64,000 nt of DNA from Candidatus Promineifilaceae bacterium (GTDB lineage Bacteria > Chloroflexota > Anaerolineae > Promineifilales > Promineifilaceae), in NCBI GenBank assembly GCA_041570195.1, contig JBFFWQ010000018.1, forward strand, positions 466 through 64,465. The letters run 5' to 3'. The notes below the pieces were generated by a model that ran no database searches, had not been told where the DNA came from, and was given only the letters and a program-made list of their open reading frames with translations. The position numbers were made by a program, and so were the translations under genes. The first letter of the stretch is position 1. Each line of letters opens with the position of its first letter. Shown one piece after another: positions 16,345-25,493 of this stretch.

Positions 16345-19300
16345 GTTCTTTCTCCTGCCACAGTCTGGCCATCTGTTCAGCCAATATCGAGCCAACAGCC
16401 GAATTTATCACCGGCAAGAAAGGGCGAGGTACGGCCGGAACCGCCCATACGGCCTCGACGCCAACGCCTTGCACGGCTGGCAGATGTTGGTTTCCTTCAG
16501 GCACGAGAAGCAGTATCTTGGCGTTTCTCGTCCGGTAAACCTGCGTATCAACCAGGGCAGCCGCCTGGAAGAGCGGATCGGTTGCCAGGACGACGATCAG
16601 CGTGTCGTGGTCAGCGTCCGGCCCGCCAACGGTTGCCAATGGACCATGCCAGGCAGAGTCGGTGTACAAGGCCTCAGCCATGAACCCCCGGCTTCGTAGT
16701 GAACGGCCGATGCTGCCGGCAGACGCGTAATCCTGGCCGCCGCCGATAATCTGTACTTTGTCGTACCCGGCAGCCACAGACGGCCGCAAGATGTCGCCGA
16801 TTTCCTTTTCTGCTTGCTCGTCAGCCAATAATCTGGCCAGATGCAAGGGGATCTGGGCCAGGCTGGCTTCCCACAATGCCGTGTCCCTTCCCCGGCGCCG
16901 CGCCAGGCGTATACCTAGGCCGATCAAGTAGACTGCGGCCAAAAGCTCCAACTGAAAAGGCGAAAGGTCCGATGGTAGGGCAATGGTTTGAGAATCCCGA
17001 ATGGCCAGGATGGCGCCAGCGCGGATTAACCGGAGGCTGGCGGTATCAGGCTGGGTTTGCGGCAGCTCGTCAATAAAGCGCCGGTAGACGGTCAGGTCGA
17101 CGGCCAGCAAATCTGACCAGGCCGCGGCTGCCATTCGGGCACCTGTTTCTGTAGCTTCCGTGTCGGTCAGTACTACGAGGTGGCCAGCGCCAAGCGTCGC
17201 AAGTTTGTCGGGCAAGGGTTCGGAAATAACGGCCATCGCCGACCGCAAGGTCACAGTCGCCTGGAGGGACGCCCGTGAGGGGCCATGCCTGGCCCGGTCC
17301 CAAGCCTCATATGCCTGACGGCCGCTGGCGAACTCGGCCAGGGAAATGTTTTCGAAGCTACGACGAGCTTCGACCGTTTCGCGCGGTTCTGCGCCAGTCA
17401 CCGTGACAGATTTAGCTAGATTTCGCGGCCGGTCGATCTCCTCCGGTGAGAGATCTCGCGCATAAGCCATTGCCACGGCCAGATCAAAGAAGAAGGGCGC
17501 ATCAATTAGCGCCTGGAATGCCCCAGTAACCTTTGGTGAGACGAAAAGCTCGACGTTAGTTGCCTCCAGCCAGGAGTCTAGTCGATCGTTGGCCGTGGTA
17601 TGGATGAGGCAACGGACACCAAGATCTCGCAGGTAGTTGACGAGGTAACTGGTTTCCCGTTGTGCTTCGGTCGAAGTAGCATTGATGATAAACAGCACGC
17701 GCCGGCGATCGTCGTCGAACAGGGCGCTTCGTTCGATCAACGGCCGCAGGCTGGCGGCATGAAAATCCGAGGTCCGCGCTACAATCTGGGCCAATTCCTC
17801 GATTTTTAGCTCGGCTTCGATGTCTATCGGGCTATTGCCAACCACGACTACTTTGTTAAAGAGGCGGCATTGCCGGGCTACCTGGCGCAGTCGCCTGCGG
17901 CGCTCCTCGTCTTCGATGAGACGTCGCACGTGACGAGGGACTGTATGCGTTAGTTCATCCACAAGTCGAGCCAGGATGGAAGCATCATGACCGGCCTCAT
18001 ACATACTGGCTAGCCGTAAGGCCAGCAAGTTGAGGGTCATCAGGATGGCCTGGAAACCCTTGACCGTCGCCACTGAGACTTCGACCCCAGTCTGTACGTC
18101 CAATGTGCCGCCACTGACGGCAGTCCGCCGGCCCAGATCACTTTGCGGTCGGCCGGTGATCGCCAAGCGTACCACACCGGTTTCGCCCAGCCAGCTATCG
18201 ACTTTCAATAGCGAATCAGTCGTACCGGACCAGGAGATCTCAATGGCCAAATCACACGCCTGGTCTATTGCCTGGCCCAAATTGAGCACCGCTACCGGCC
18301 GGTACACATTGACCAGGATTCCGGGCAACAATTGGCGAAACAAAGGGGCGGCCGCCTGGGCATCGCGCCAGGAGCTGCCTTCGCCGATGATCAGCAAGCG
18401 CCCAAGTTTCTCCAGGCGAGGACCATATTGTTCGACCAAGACGTGTTCATTTAGACCGGGCGCCAACAAGCGGCCATTTTCCCAAGCGCTTTCCAAAGCC
18501 GGCTGCCCGTTCCGAACATAGTGATCGGCGATGCCCTCCATAATATCGGGTATCTCGGCAATGTGACTCTCGGTGTAGGAATCATGACCCTGTTTGCCAA
18601 CCATGGCCGGGTTGAGCTGCATGGTCTGGGCCGAAACAGGAACCGACGTGCCATCATAACGGCTTACCAGCACAGCTGGTACGCTTTGGTCAGCATGCCC
18701 TTCTTTTTCGATGCGAACGAACAGTTCTTCGCCATGGTGAAGCTGGTTGTCCAGGAACAACGCCTCCACGGTAAAAGTGTTGAGGATTTCTAAAATCTCA
18801 TCCTGCGCCCTATCGGCCGGGATAAGATCCTCCTTAGCAGCCCGTCGCAAATCAGATATTCGTCGCGCAGCCTCGCTCACCTCATCCTTTGACCATAACA
18901 TGAGCGCTGCATTGACATCGGAAGCCACCATCAAGGTACGGGATCCGTCGTCAAACTGCCGGGTTGCGATAGCAATCGGCTTGCGGTGGCTGGTCACATA
19001 AAGCACATCCGGGCGGCGCCTGCTGTAAAAGGCGCAGGCATGGGCATTGCCTTCTCGTAACCGCCAGATGGCCAAACGCAAGGCGCGTTCCTCCGATTCT
19101 ATGATTCTCTGCTGGTCTAGCCTTTCCAAGAAGGCTTCGCTATCGGGCGGAAGCTGTCCCTCGGCCAACATGTAGGCCATTCGCTCCCACTCGAAGGTAA
19201 TAACCTCGGTGGTGTTCTCAGATCGGTGTACCGTTTCGCCGCTGGGCAAGCCACGCGCTTGCCACCATTGCTTCTGATCGGCAAGAACACCCAACATGAG

Positions 19301-19639
19301 GGTGGCATTGTGGGAACCGTTTTCGCAGGCGATGCGATCTTGAGCCCGATCGGATAGTGGATGGGCATTCGTTTCATTTACCGCGCCAACCATCGCCCAC
19401 CGGCCGTGTCCCATAACCACCTGCATATCCCCAGGAAGTATCTTGGGCAGGGGTTGGAGGGCTATTCTTCTCCGCAATCGTTCGCCTGTGCCCACCACAC
19501 GGCGCAAAGCGAAGCGTCCGTCTTCACCAATTATAGCGATGCCGGACGAATCCGGGGCCCGATAAGCCAACAGTTCCAGGGCATCCAGAACCCGGGTGAC
19601 ACCCCCAGAATGGCCATAGAAGCAGACAATGCCGCACAT
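16337..19639 (-). CDS. class-II (Ntn) glutamine amidotransferase domain fused to four SIS (sugar isomerase) domains; double-length GlmS-like protein
   Basis: 1100 aa. N-terminal MCGIV (catalytic Cys2), GRWAM...NAHP and ENGSH. SIS-like cores at LLIIGEGSSW...IEISWSGTTDSL, VVVVGNSPIDIEAELKIEEL, HLVVLTDTEATE and VQIIGGGQDYASAGSIGRSLRS...WHGPLA. Confidence 0.8.
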   Translation of the reverse strand: MCGIVCFYGHSGGVTRVLDALELLAYRAPDSSGIAIIGEDGRFALRRVVGTGERLRRRIALQPLPKILPGDMQVVMGHGRWAMVGAVNETNAHPLSDRAQDRIACENGSHNATLMLGVLADQKQWWQARGLPSGETVHRSENTTEVITFEWERMAYMLAEGQLPPDSEAFLERLDQQRIIESEERALRLAIWRLREGNAHACAFYSRRRPDVLYVTSHRKPIAIATRQFDDGSRTLMVASDVNAALMLWSKDEVSEAARRISDLRRAAKEDLIPADRAQDEILEILNTFTVEALFLDNQLHHGEELFVRIEKEGHADQSVPAVLVSRYDGTSVPVSAQTMQLNPAMVGKQGHDSYTESHIAEIPDIMEGIADHYVRNGQPALESAWENGRLLAPGLNEHVLVEQYGPRLEKLGRLLIIGEGSSWRDAQAAAPLFRQLLPGILVNVYRPVAVLNLGQAIDQACDLAIEISWSGTTDSLLKVDSWLGETGVVRLAITGRPQSDLGRRTAVSGGTLDVQTGVEVSVATVKGFQAILMTLNLLALRLASMYEAGHDASILARLVDELTHTVPRHVRRLIEDEERRRRLRQVARQCRLFNKVVVVGNSPIDIEAELKIEELAQIVARTSDFHAASLRPLIERSALFDDDRRRVLFIINATSTEAQRETSYLVNYLRDLGVRCLIHTTANDRLDSWLEATNVELFVSPKVTGAFQALIDAPFFFDLAVAMAYARDLSPEEIDRPRNLAKSVTVTGAEPRETVEARRSFENISLAEFASGRQAYEAWDRARHGPSRASLQATVTLRSAMAVISEPLPDKLATLGAGHLVVLTDTEATETGARMAAAAWSDLLAVDLTVYRRFIDELPQTQPDTASLRLIRAGAILAIRDSQTIALPSDLSPFQLELLAAVYLIGLGIRLARRRGRDTALWEASLAQIPLHLARLLADEQAEKEIGDILRPSVAAGYDKVQIIGGGQDYASAGSIGRSLRSRGFMAEALYTDSAWHGPLATVGGPDADHDTLIVVLATDPLFQAAALVDTQVYRTRNAKILLLVPEGNQHLPAVQGVGVEAVWAVPAVPRPFLPVINSAVGSILAEQMARLWQEKEHG

Positions 19640-19670
19640 GAATTTGATACCAGGCTTAAAGACCTGCTGG

Positions 19671-20387
19671 CTAACCCCCTACTCGCAACGCTTCCAGGGC
19701 AAACCAGCCAATCGGAGCAACATCCAGGCTGCGACCTGCCTCGAGGATCGTGCGCCACAGATAAGTAGCCAGCGAGCGGCCACCAATCAATGAGAAGAGC
19801 GGCACCGCTGGTCCATCCGGTGGCTTCATGTCGTGGCGAAGAATGAGTTGGCGGGTCTTGGCCACGCTGCTTTGTCTAGCATTCAGATCAGGGAATTGGC
19901 TGGCATGGAAATCCAGGCTACAGAGGCGGCTAAGCAGCCCGGCGCTAAATGGGCCAATTAATAGCAATTCAGCCCGACCGTGGGTTATGTCGCTAACAGT
20001 GACTAAATCACCACTTCGTTCCCCTTCTTTGGTCAATATCTTTTCTGCGGAGTCTTCTCCGCCGGGTTCCAAATGCACAAAGAACTGATCGTCACGCAAA
20101 CGATAGACATATCTGGAGCCCAGGACCACGCCCTGGCCAATTGCCAGCGATGGTATGGCCCAGGCCGCTTGTAGAACGCTTTCCGCTTGCTTTCCCTCGA
20201 CTACGATCTTGCCACTGGCCGAGCTATCGGCGAGGGCAACGCCGCGCCTGGCGATCGTCTCCTCTTGCTCAACCGTGGTGAAAACCTGGGGCAATTGCCA
20301 ACCGGCAAGATCGACGAAAGTCGCCCCAATCTCTCGGGCAACATCATGTAACGGTAGCGCTTTGGTAGGTAATTGGCTCGAGTTCAT
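19671..20387 (-). CDS. soxG: sarcosine oxidase gamma subunit family (GcvT-like fold)
   Basis: 238 aa directly after soxA (TAG followed immediately by ATG). GcvT-like N-terminus LHDVAREIGATFVDLAGWQLP...GVALADSSASGKIVVEG. Confidence 0.75.
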   Translation of the reverse strand: MNSSQLPTKALPLHDVAREIGATFVDLAGWQLPQVFTTVEQEETIARRGVALADSSASGKIVVEGKQAESVLQAAWAIPSLAIGQGVVLGSRYVYRLRDDQFFVHLEPGGEDSAEKILTKEGERSGDLVTVSDITHGRAELLLIGPFSAGLLSRLCSLDFHASQFPDLNARQSSVAKTRQLILRHDMKPPDGPAVPLFSLIGGRSLATYLWRTILEAGRSLDVAPIGWFALEALRVGG

Positions 20388-23282
20388 CTAACTCCTCAAT
20401 CGCTCGCCCTCTGGGTCGTAAAACGGACCATGATGCACTTGCGCTTCGATTGTCGCGCCGTTCCGGCGAATGGTGAAGGTCGCCCCCTCCTCTTTGGCTA
20501 CGGTTTCCGGCAGCCAACAGAGGCCAATCGGTTTTGCCAATGTAGGGCTATAACGACTGGATGTAACCCAGCCAATGATATCTTTCCGGTTCTCACTGCC
20601 TGCTTCCACGATCTGCAAGCCTTCTTCCGGCACCGTTCTGCCATCTCTGATCCTGAACCCTACCAGGCGCTGCTGTTGGCCATCCATGGCGATACGCATC
20701 AAAGACCGCTGGCCCAAGAAGTCAGCTTTGTCTGGTTTGACCGCCCAGGCCATATCAGCGGAAATCGGATCCGAAAGGGCGTCAGTGTCCTGGCCGACGA
20801 TGATATGAGCCTTTTCCAGGCGCAGTATGCGTTGAGCTTCGACTCCGAAGGGAGTGATGCCAAAAGGCTCGCCGGCCGACATGATCGCTTGCCACAAGAA
20901 ACGGCCGTAACCGGCCGGGCAATGAATCTCATACGACAGCTCGCCGGTAAAACCAATCCGTAACAAGCGACAAGGCACGCCGGCCACTTCTACCTGGCGT
21001 AGATGCATAAAAGGGAATGCCTCGTTGGAAAGATCTGCTTCGACGAGTGTTTGCAGCACCTGGCGGGCCTTTGGCCCAGCTAGATTGAAGGCCGCATTCA
21101 CTTCGCTCAGGTCGCTTATATTGACACCATCCCCCCAGCCCGATTGCACCCACCACTGCATCCACTCATAAATAGTCGTTGCCCCAGAGGAAGTCGTGGT
21201 CATATACCATTCCCGGGCAGCAACCCGGGCGGTCACGCCATCATCCAGGATGATGCCCTCGTCATTGCACATCAAACCGTATCGGATACGCTCCATAGCT
21301 ACGTTCTGCCACTTGTTGACGTAAATGCGGTCTAGAAGGTCTGGCACTCCGGGACCATCTAGCCGAAACTTGCCAAGGGTACTAACGTCGATCAGGCCGA
21401 CCCGCTCTCGAACGGCCCGCACCTCTGCTTCTGGATCGCCGTAATGTTCTGGCCGTTTCCATAAACCGGCAACCATCATTTTGGCGCCGTGCCTCTTTTG
21501 CCATTCGTGAACTGGCGATATCCGCTCCGGTTCCATGTTTTGGCCAGCCAGCACCCCCAATGAGATGGGCGTCATGGGTGGGCGGGCGGTCGTCGTGCCC
21601 GTTTCTTCGATCGTTTGGCCGTTGGCTCGAGCGCAGAGGTGAACGGTATTCAGCGAACACATTTTGCCCTGGCATGGTCCCATGGAAATGGTGCTGTAGC
21701 GTTTAAGAAGCTCAATACTGTCATAACCTTCTGCGATAGATTGCTCCAGATCTTTCTTGGTGACGTCTTCGCAAAAGCACAAGAATTGCTTCTTTTTGCC
21801 GGGCACGAAAACCAGGTCAGACGTACGGCCCACTTGATCTTTCTTGATGGCCTCAATCCCGGTTCGTTCTTCCTCCGACGGCCTCTCACATAGTTCCAGA
21901 AAGGCGGCCGCTTCCCGTCCGGCGAAACGCCCCTCAGCAAGCTGAGCCAACAGTTCGTGAGTGCCAGCTACCCGGCCGGCAGCGAATATGCCCGCCGGCA
22001 ACGCCTGGGGTAAGAACTCACCTATTTGCCGATCGAAAGCCAGTTGGCCGTTTGCCTGATATATCAAGCCGCTGGCAGGCGCCCAGCCGACGCTCACGGC
22101 AATTAAATCACAGTCCACCATTTGTTCGGCACCGGTTAGCTCATGTCCGTTCACTGGGGAAATGATCGCCTGGCTAACTTCACCCGAACCTTTTGCCGCC
22201 ACGATCGTATGACCCCAGTAGGCATGGGTCTCCTCAGATGTCACTTGGCGGACTAGCGGTGAATCACTGGCCGGACGCTCGTCAACCACAGCGGCCACCT
22301 GGAGGCCGGCACTCTTCAAATCGGCCGCCACCGCCCAGCCATAGTCATTGGCCGTGACAACCAGGGCCTTTTCACCCGGAGCGACGCCATAGAGGTTTAT
22401 CATTCTTTGGACAGCGCTGGCTAACAGCACGCCTGGCAAGTCATTGTCGTCAAAGAGCAGCGGCTGCTCATAAGCGCCAGTGGCAAAGATGACGCTCTGG
22501 GCGCGGATCTTGAAGAGACGATCCTGCTGGGCCGCTGACAGCCAGTTGTCCTCATACCAACTTAAGACCGTCGTATTCAAATGGACGGCAAGGTCCGGCT
22601 CTTGCCCGATGGCCTCGAGCAGTTTCGGCAGGGACGCAGCAGTACCAGGTGAAGCAAAGCGCAAATGGCCGCCTAAAGCCGGATTTTCGTCAAGCAGAAT
22701 AACGCGCGCCCCCTCAGCGTTGGCCGCGATGGCCGCGCTCAATCCGGCCGGACCGCCGCCCACCACGACCACGTCGGCGTGCTGGTATTCCTTGTCGTAG
22801 CGACCCGGTTCTGTATCGAGGTTCACCTGACCCAATCCGGCCGCCCGGCGCAACATCCTTTCGAAAGTAGGCCAGAGAAACTGAGGCCGGATGAATGTCT
22901 TGTAATAGAAACCAGCGGGCAAGAAGCGATCCCCCAGGCTGGTCAGGGACATCACGTCTCGTTTTAATGATGGCCAGGCGTTTTGCGACCTTACCTTCAT
23001 TGCAGATTCAACCGGCCGGATGCAGGCCCTCACATTCGGTTCGTCGCCAACCTGGACCAGGCAGTTCGGGCACTGCCCGGCACAACACAGCAACCCACGC
23101 GGCCGGTGGTATTTGAAAGACCGGCTGAAGACCTTTACGCCAGCCGCGGCGAGAGCCGAGGCGATAGTGTCCCCTGGATGGGCATGGCAGGTCTGGCCAT
23201 CAAAGGAGAAAGAGAAACTGCTATCGCGATCGATGACCTCACCCGGTTGGGGAGAGAGCCGGTTCTTTTGCCGTTTTGTCAT
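20388..23282 (-). CDS. soxA: sarcosine oxidase alpha subunit family
   Basis: About 964 aa from MTKRQK (ATG 23282, ATGA overlap with soxD). N-terminal FSFDGQ...GDTIASALAA...YHRPRG, ADVVVVGGGPAGL and a C-terminal GcvT-type folate-binding domain. Confidence 0.9.
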   Translation of the reverse strand: MTKRQKNRLSPQPGEVIDRDSSFSFSFDGQTCHAHPGDTIASALAAAGVKVFSRSFKYHRPRGLLCCAGQCPNCLVQVGDEPNVRACIRPVESAMKVRSQNAWPSLKRDVMSLTSLGDRFLPAGFYYKTFIRPQFLWPTFERMLRRAAGLGQVNLDTEPGRYDKEYQHADVVVVGGGPAGLSAAIAANAEGARVILLDENPALGGHLRFASPGTAASLPKLLEAIGQEPDLAVHLNTTVLSWYEDNWLSAAQQDRLFKIRAQSVIFATGAYEQPLLFDDNDLPGVLLASAVQRMINLYGVAPGEKALVVTANDYGWAVAADLKSAGLQVAAVVDERPASDSPLVRQVTSEETHAYWGHTIVAAKGSGEVSQAIISPVNGHELTGAEQMVDCDLIAVSVGWAPASGLIYQANGQLAFDRQIGEFLPQALPAGIFAAGRVAGTHELLAQLAEGRFAGREAAAFLELCERPSEEERTGIEAIKKDQVGRTSDLVFVPGKKKQFLCFCEDVTKKDLEQSIAEGYDSIELLKRYSTISMGPCQGKMCSLNTVHLCARANGQTIEETGTTTARPPMTPISLGVLAGQNMEPERISPVHEWQKRHGAKMMVAGLWKRPEHYGDPEAEVRAVRERVGLIDVSTLGKFRLDGPGVPDLLDRIYVNKWQNVAMERIRYGLMCNDEGIILDDGVTARVAAREWYMTTTSSGATTIYEWMQWWVQSGWGDGVNISDLSEVNAAFNLAGPKARQVLQTLVEADLSNEAFPFMHLRQVEVAGVPCRLLRIGFTGELSYEIHCPAGYGRFLWQAIMSAGEPFGITPFGVEAQRILRLEKAHIIVGQDTDALSDPISADMAWAVKPDKADFLGQRSLMRIAMDGQQQRLVGFRIRDGRTVPEEGLQIVEAGSENRKDIIGWVTSSRYSPTLAKPIGLCWLPETVAKEEGATFTIRRNGATIEAQVHHGPFYDPEGERLRS

Positions 23283-23551
23283 GTCTCGCGCGGCTCCTTT
23301 CCCCAACGGTAAGTACGTTCAATCACGTTTGACTTCGTGTGCCGTTCGGCCAGGAACCAAAGTTGGCAGCCAGCGCCATGATACCACCATTCCTTCTGCC
23401 ACCCCTGTTTATTGTCTCGCATGTAAATGTAGTCAGTCCACTCGTCGGGGCTGACCGTTAGAGGCTCGGGCGGCCGGGGATTGTATTCACCGCCATAACG
23501 AAACTCCTGTACACTGCGGTCCCCGCAATTGGGACATTTGATGAGGATCAC
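23279..23551 (-). CDS. soxD: sarcosine oxidase delta subunit family
   Basis: 90 aa. MILIKCPNCGDRSVQEFRYGGE...WWYHGAGC is the classic SoxD pattern. Confidence 0.9.
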   Translation of the reverse strand: MILIKCPNCGDRSVQEFRYGGEYNPRPPEPLTVSPDEWTDYIYMRDNKQGWQKEWWYHGAGCQLWFLAERHTKSNVIERTYRWGKEPRET

Positions 23552-23577
23552 TGGCTTCCTCCGTCACTTACCGTGAC

Positions 23578-24816
23578 TCAATGACCGACGGACGCCGCGC
23601 CCTTCTCGCCGACGAGGTCATGCTCGTAGAAACGGGCCAGGCGGAATGGTTTTAGCAAGTCGGGTGTCTTGCCCGTTGCAATCAACTCGGCCATTCTCTT
23701 GCCAGAAACTGGCACAGCCTTAAACCCATAAGTCCCCCAACCGACATCTACCAAGAAACCCTCGACAGGAGTTACGCCCATGATCGGGCTGTAATCTGGG
23801 GTCATATCACACAGCCCAGCCCATTGTCGAAGCAATCGCACATGATGTAAGGATGGGAATAGCTCTAGTATGTGACCGGCAATGCCCTCAATGAACGCCG
23901 AGGAGCCGCGCATGGAATAGGAGGCAAAGGGATCGACAGCCGCGCCCATGACCAGCTCGCCGCGATCTGATTGGCTAACGTAAACGTGCAAGCTGCCTGA
24001 GACGATAATCACGTCAAGGAATGGCTTCAGCGCTTCCGTTACACAAGCTTGAAGCGGAAAAGTTGTCACCGGCAGCTTAACACCGACCATATCGGCAATG
24101 GTCGTACACCATCCGGCTGTGGCATTCAGCACTGTCCCGGTCTTGATCGGCCCTCGCGATGTCTCTACGCCCACCACCTGGCCCTTCTCAACTTCGATGC
24201 CTGTCACCTCCGTCATCTGGTGGATATGGATTCCGCTCAAGTCAACCTGATGCGCGTAACCCCACACCACGGCATCATGTCGGACAACGCCGCCCGGCGG
24301 ATGATAGAGGGCCGCCAAAATCGGATAACGTGGGTGTTGGCTTACGTCGATAGGCGGGCAAAGACGCTTAATCTCTTCCGGCCAAATCAAGCGCGAGTCA
24401 ACTCCCTGGAGCTGATTAACTTCCGCCCGGCGACGCATGGTACGTACAGCGCCGTCGGTATGGGCCAGGGTCAGGTGACCGCGTTGACTGAACATGACGT
24501 TGAAATCCAGCTCAACCGACATCTGTTCGTAGAGCTTCACGCTTTCATTGTAGAAACGCACCCCTTCCGGAGTCAGGTAATTGCTACGAATGATGGTTGT
24601 GTTGCGGCCGCTCCCTCCAGAGCCAATATAGCGCTTATCCAACACCGCCACATCGGTAATGCCGTGATCCTTAGCCAGGTAATAAGCGCAAGCCAGCCCA
24701 TGGGCGCCGCCGCCGACGATGACCACATCATACTGGTCCTTCAATGATCTCTGCCGCCACATGCGAGGCGGCGGCCGGTTGCCGTTTATGGCCTGGCGAA
24801 TCAACTTCAAAGACAT
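23578..24816 (-). CDS. soxB: sarcosine oxidase beta subunit family
   Basis: 412 aa. YDVVIVGGGAHGLACAYYLAKDHGITDVAVLDK...GRNTTIIRSNY. Confidence 0.9.
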   Translation of the reverse strand: MSLKLIRQAINGNRPPPRMWRQRSLKDQYDVVIVGGGAHGLACAYYLAKDHGITDVAVLDKRYIGSGGSGRNTTIIRSNYLTPEGVRFYNESVKLYEQMSVELDFNVMFSQRGHLTLAHTDGAVRTMRRRAEVNQLQGVDSRLIWPEEIKRLCPPIDVSQHPRYPILAALYHPPGGVVRHDAVVWGYAHQVDLSGIHIHQMTEVTGIEVEKGQVVGVETSRGPIKTGTVLNATAGWCTTIADMVGVKLPVTTFPLQACVTEALKPFLDVIIVSGSLHVYVSQSDRGELVMGAAVDPFASYSMRGSSAFIEGIAGHILELFPSLHHVRLLRQWAGLCDMTPDYSPIMGVTPVEGFLVDVGWGTYGFKAVPVSGKRMAELIATGKTPDLLKPFRLARFYEHDLVGEKGAASVGH

Positions 24817-24893
24817 TAGGCGACTTCCTTAAGGAGAGAAGTTGTCAGCAATTATGGCGACGCGGAAGATTATCGGTGTATCGGCATGTCCCC

Positions 24894-25493
24894 CTATTGA
24901 CCTTCACTTTGCCATTCTTCCATTTTGGCCACCAGGCGCCGTTCGAAGGAACCATAGCCTGTATAACGGATCTCCAGCGGCAATCCGAGATCTCGGGCGA
25001 TATTGTGAGCCTTTTGTGACAACGCCGGGTCTTCTTTCTGTACCAGATACACCATGCGCCGGTAATTGCGGAAGTACTCGTCCCTTAGATTGGGATATCG
25101 ATCCAGACCCAAACCCTTGAGCACCGTTCCGCGAAAGGCCCGCACAAGGAAATCGGTCAAAAAGAATGTGCCCGGTTCTTCGTCCATTAGTTCCTGAAAA
25201 CGCTGGCCGGCGTACATCTCATAACAGTGAGGACCCTCTATACGCTCTATCTTATAACGTTCCAGCAGTTGATCCAGGGCCCCCCTGGATCCACAGTCGC
25301 CAAAGAGGACGAAGATCCGATCGTATTGCTCATGAAGTTCCTGGAAGCGTTTGTCCACATCAGGAGCGATGCGCTCCGGGTACATGTGGTCGATGGCAGG
25401 TACGCCAACCAGGTCTACATCCCAACCGTGTCGATCGATGATGGCAATAACCTCATGGGCAAGCGCTCCACACATGATGAATGCCGTTTTCAT
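24894..25493 (-). CDS. DUF1638 domain-containing protein
   Basis: 199 aa. CGALAHEV...[11 protein letters not shown]...GPHCYEMY...FFLTDFL matches my recollection of DUF1638. The ATG overlaps the MttB stop (ATGA, 25490-25493). Confidence 0.8.
   Translation of the reverse strand: MKTAFIMCGALAHEVIAIIDRHGWDVDLVGVPAIDHMYPERIAPDVDKRFQELHEQYDRIFVLFGDCGSRGALDQLLERYKIERIEGPHCYEMYAGQRFQELMDEEPGTFFLTDFLVRAFRGTVLKGLGLDRYPNLRDEYFRNYRRMVYLVQKEDPALSQKAHNIARDLGLPLEIRYTGYGSFERRLVAKMEEWQSEGQ

Noticed and set aside
24049-24747. Long antisense ORFs inside confident genes (for example 24049-24747, 26420-27058, 41413-42150, 59524-60207, 62489-63160, 20373-20963, 47457-48041, 36113-36670).
   Set aside because: Each lies wholly opposite a CDS with strong family motifs. 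Their products are low-complexity (Arg/Pro/Gly/Ala-rich) with no recognisable domains. This is typical of GC-rich antisense frames.
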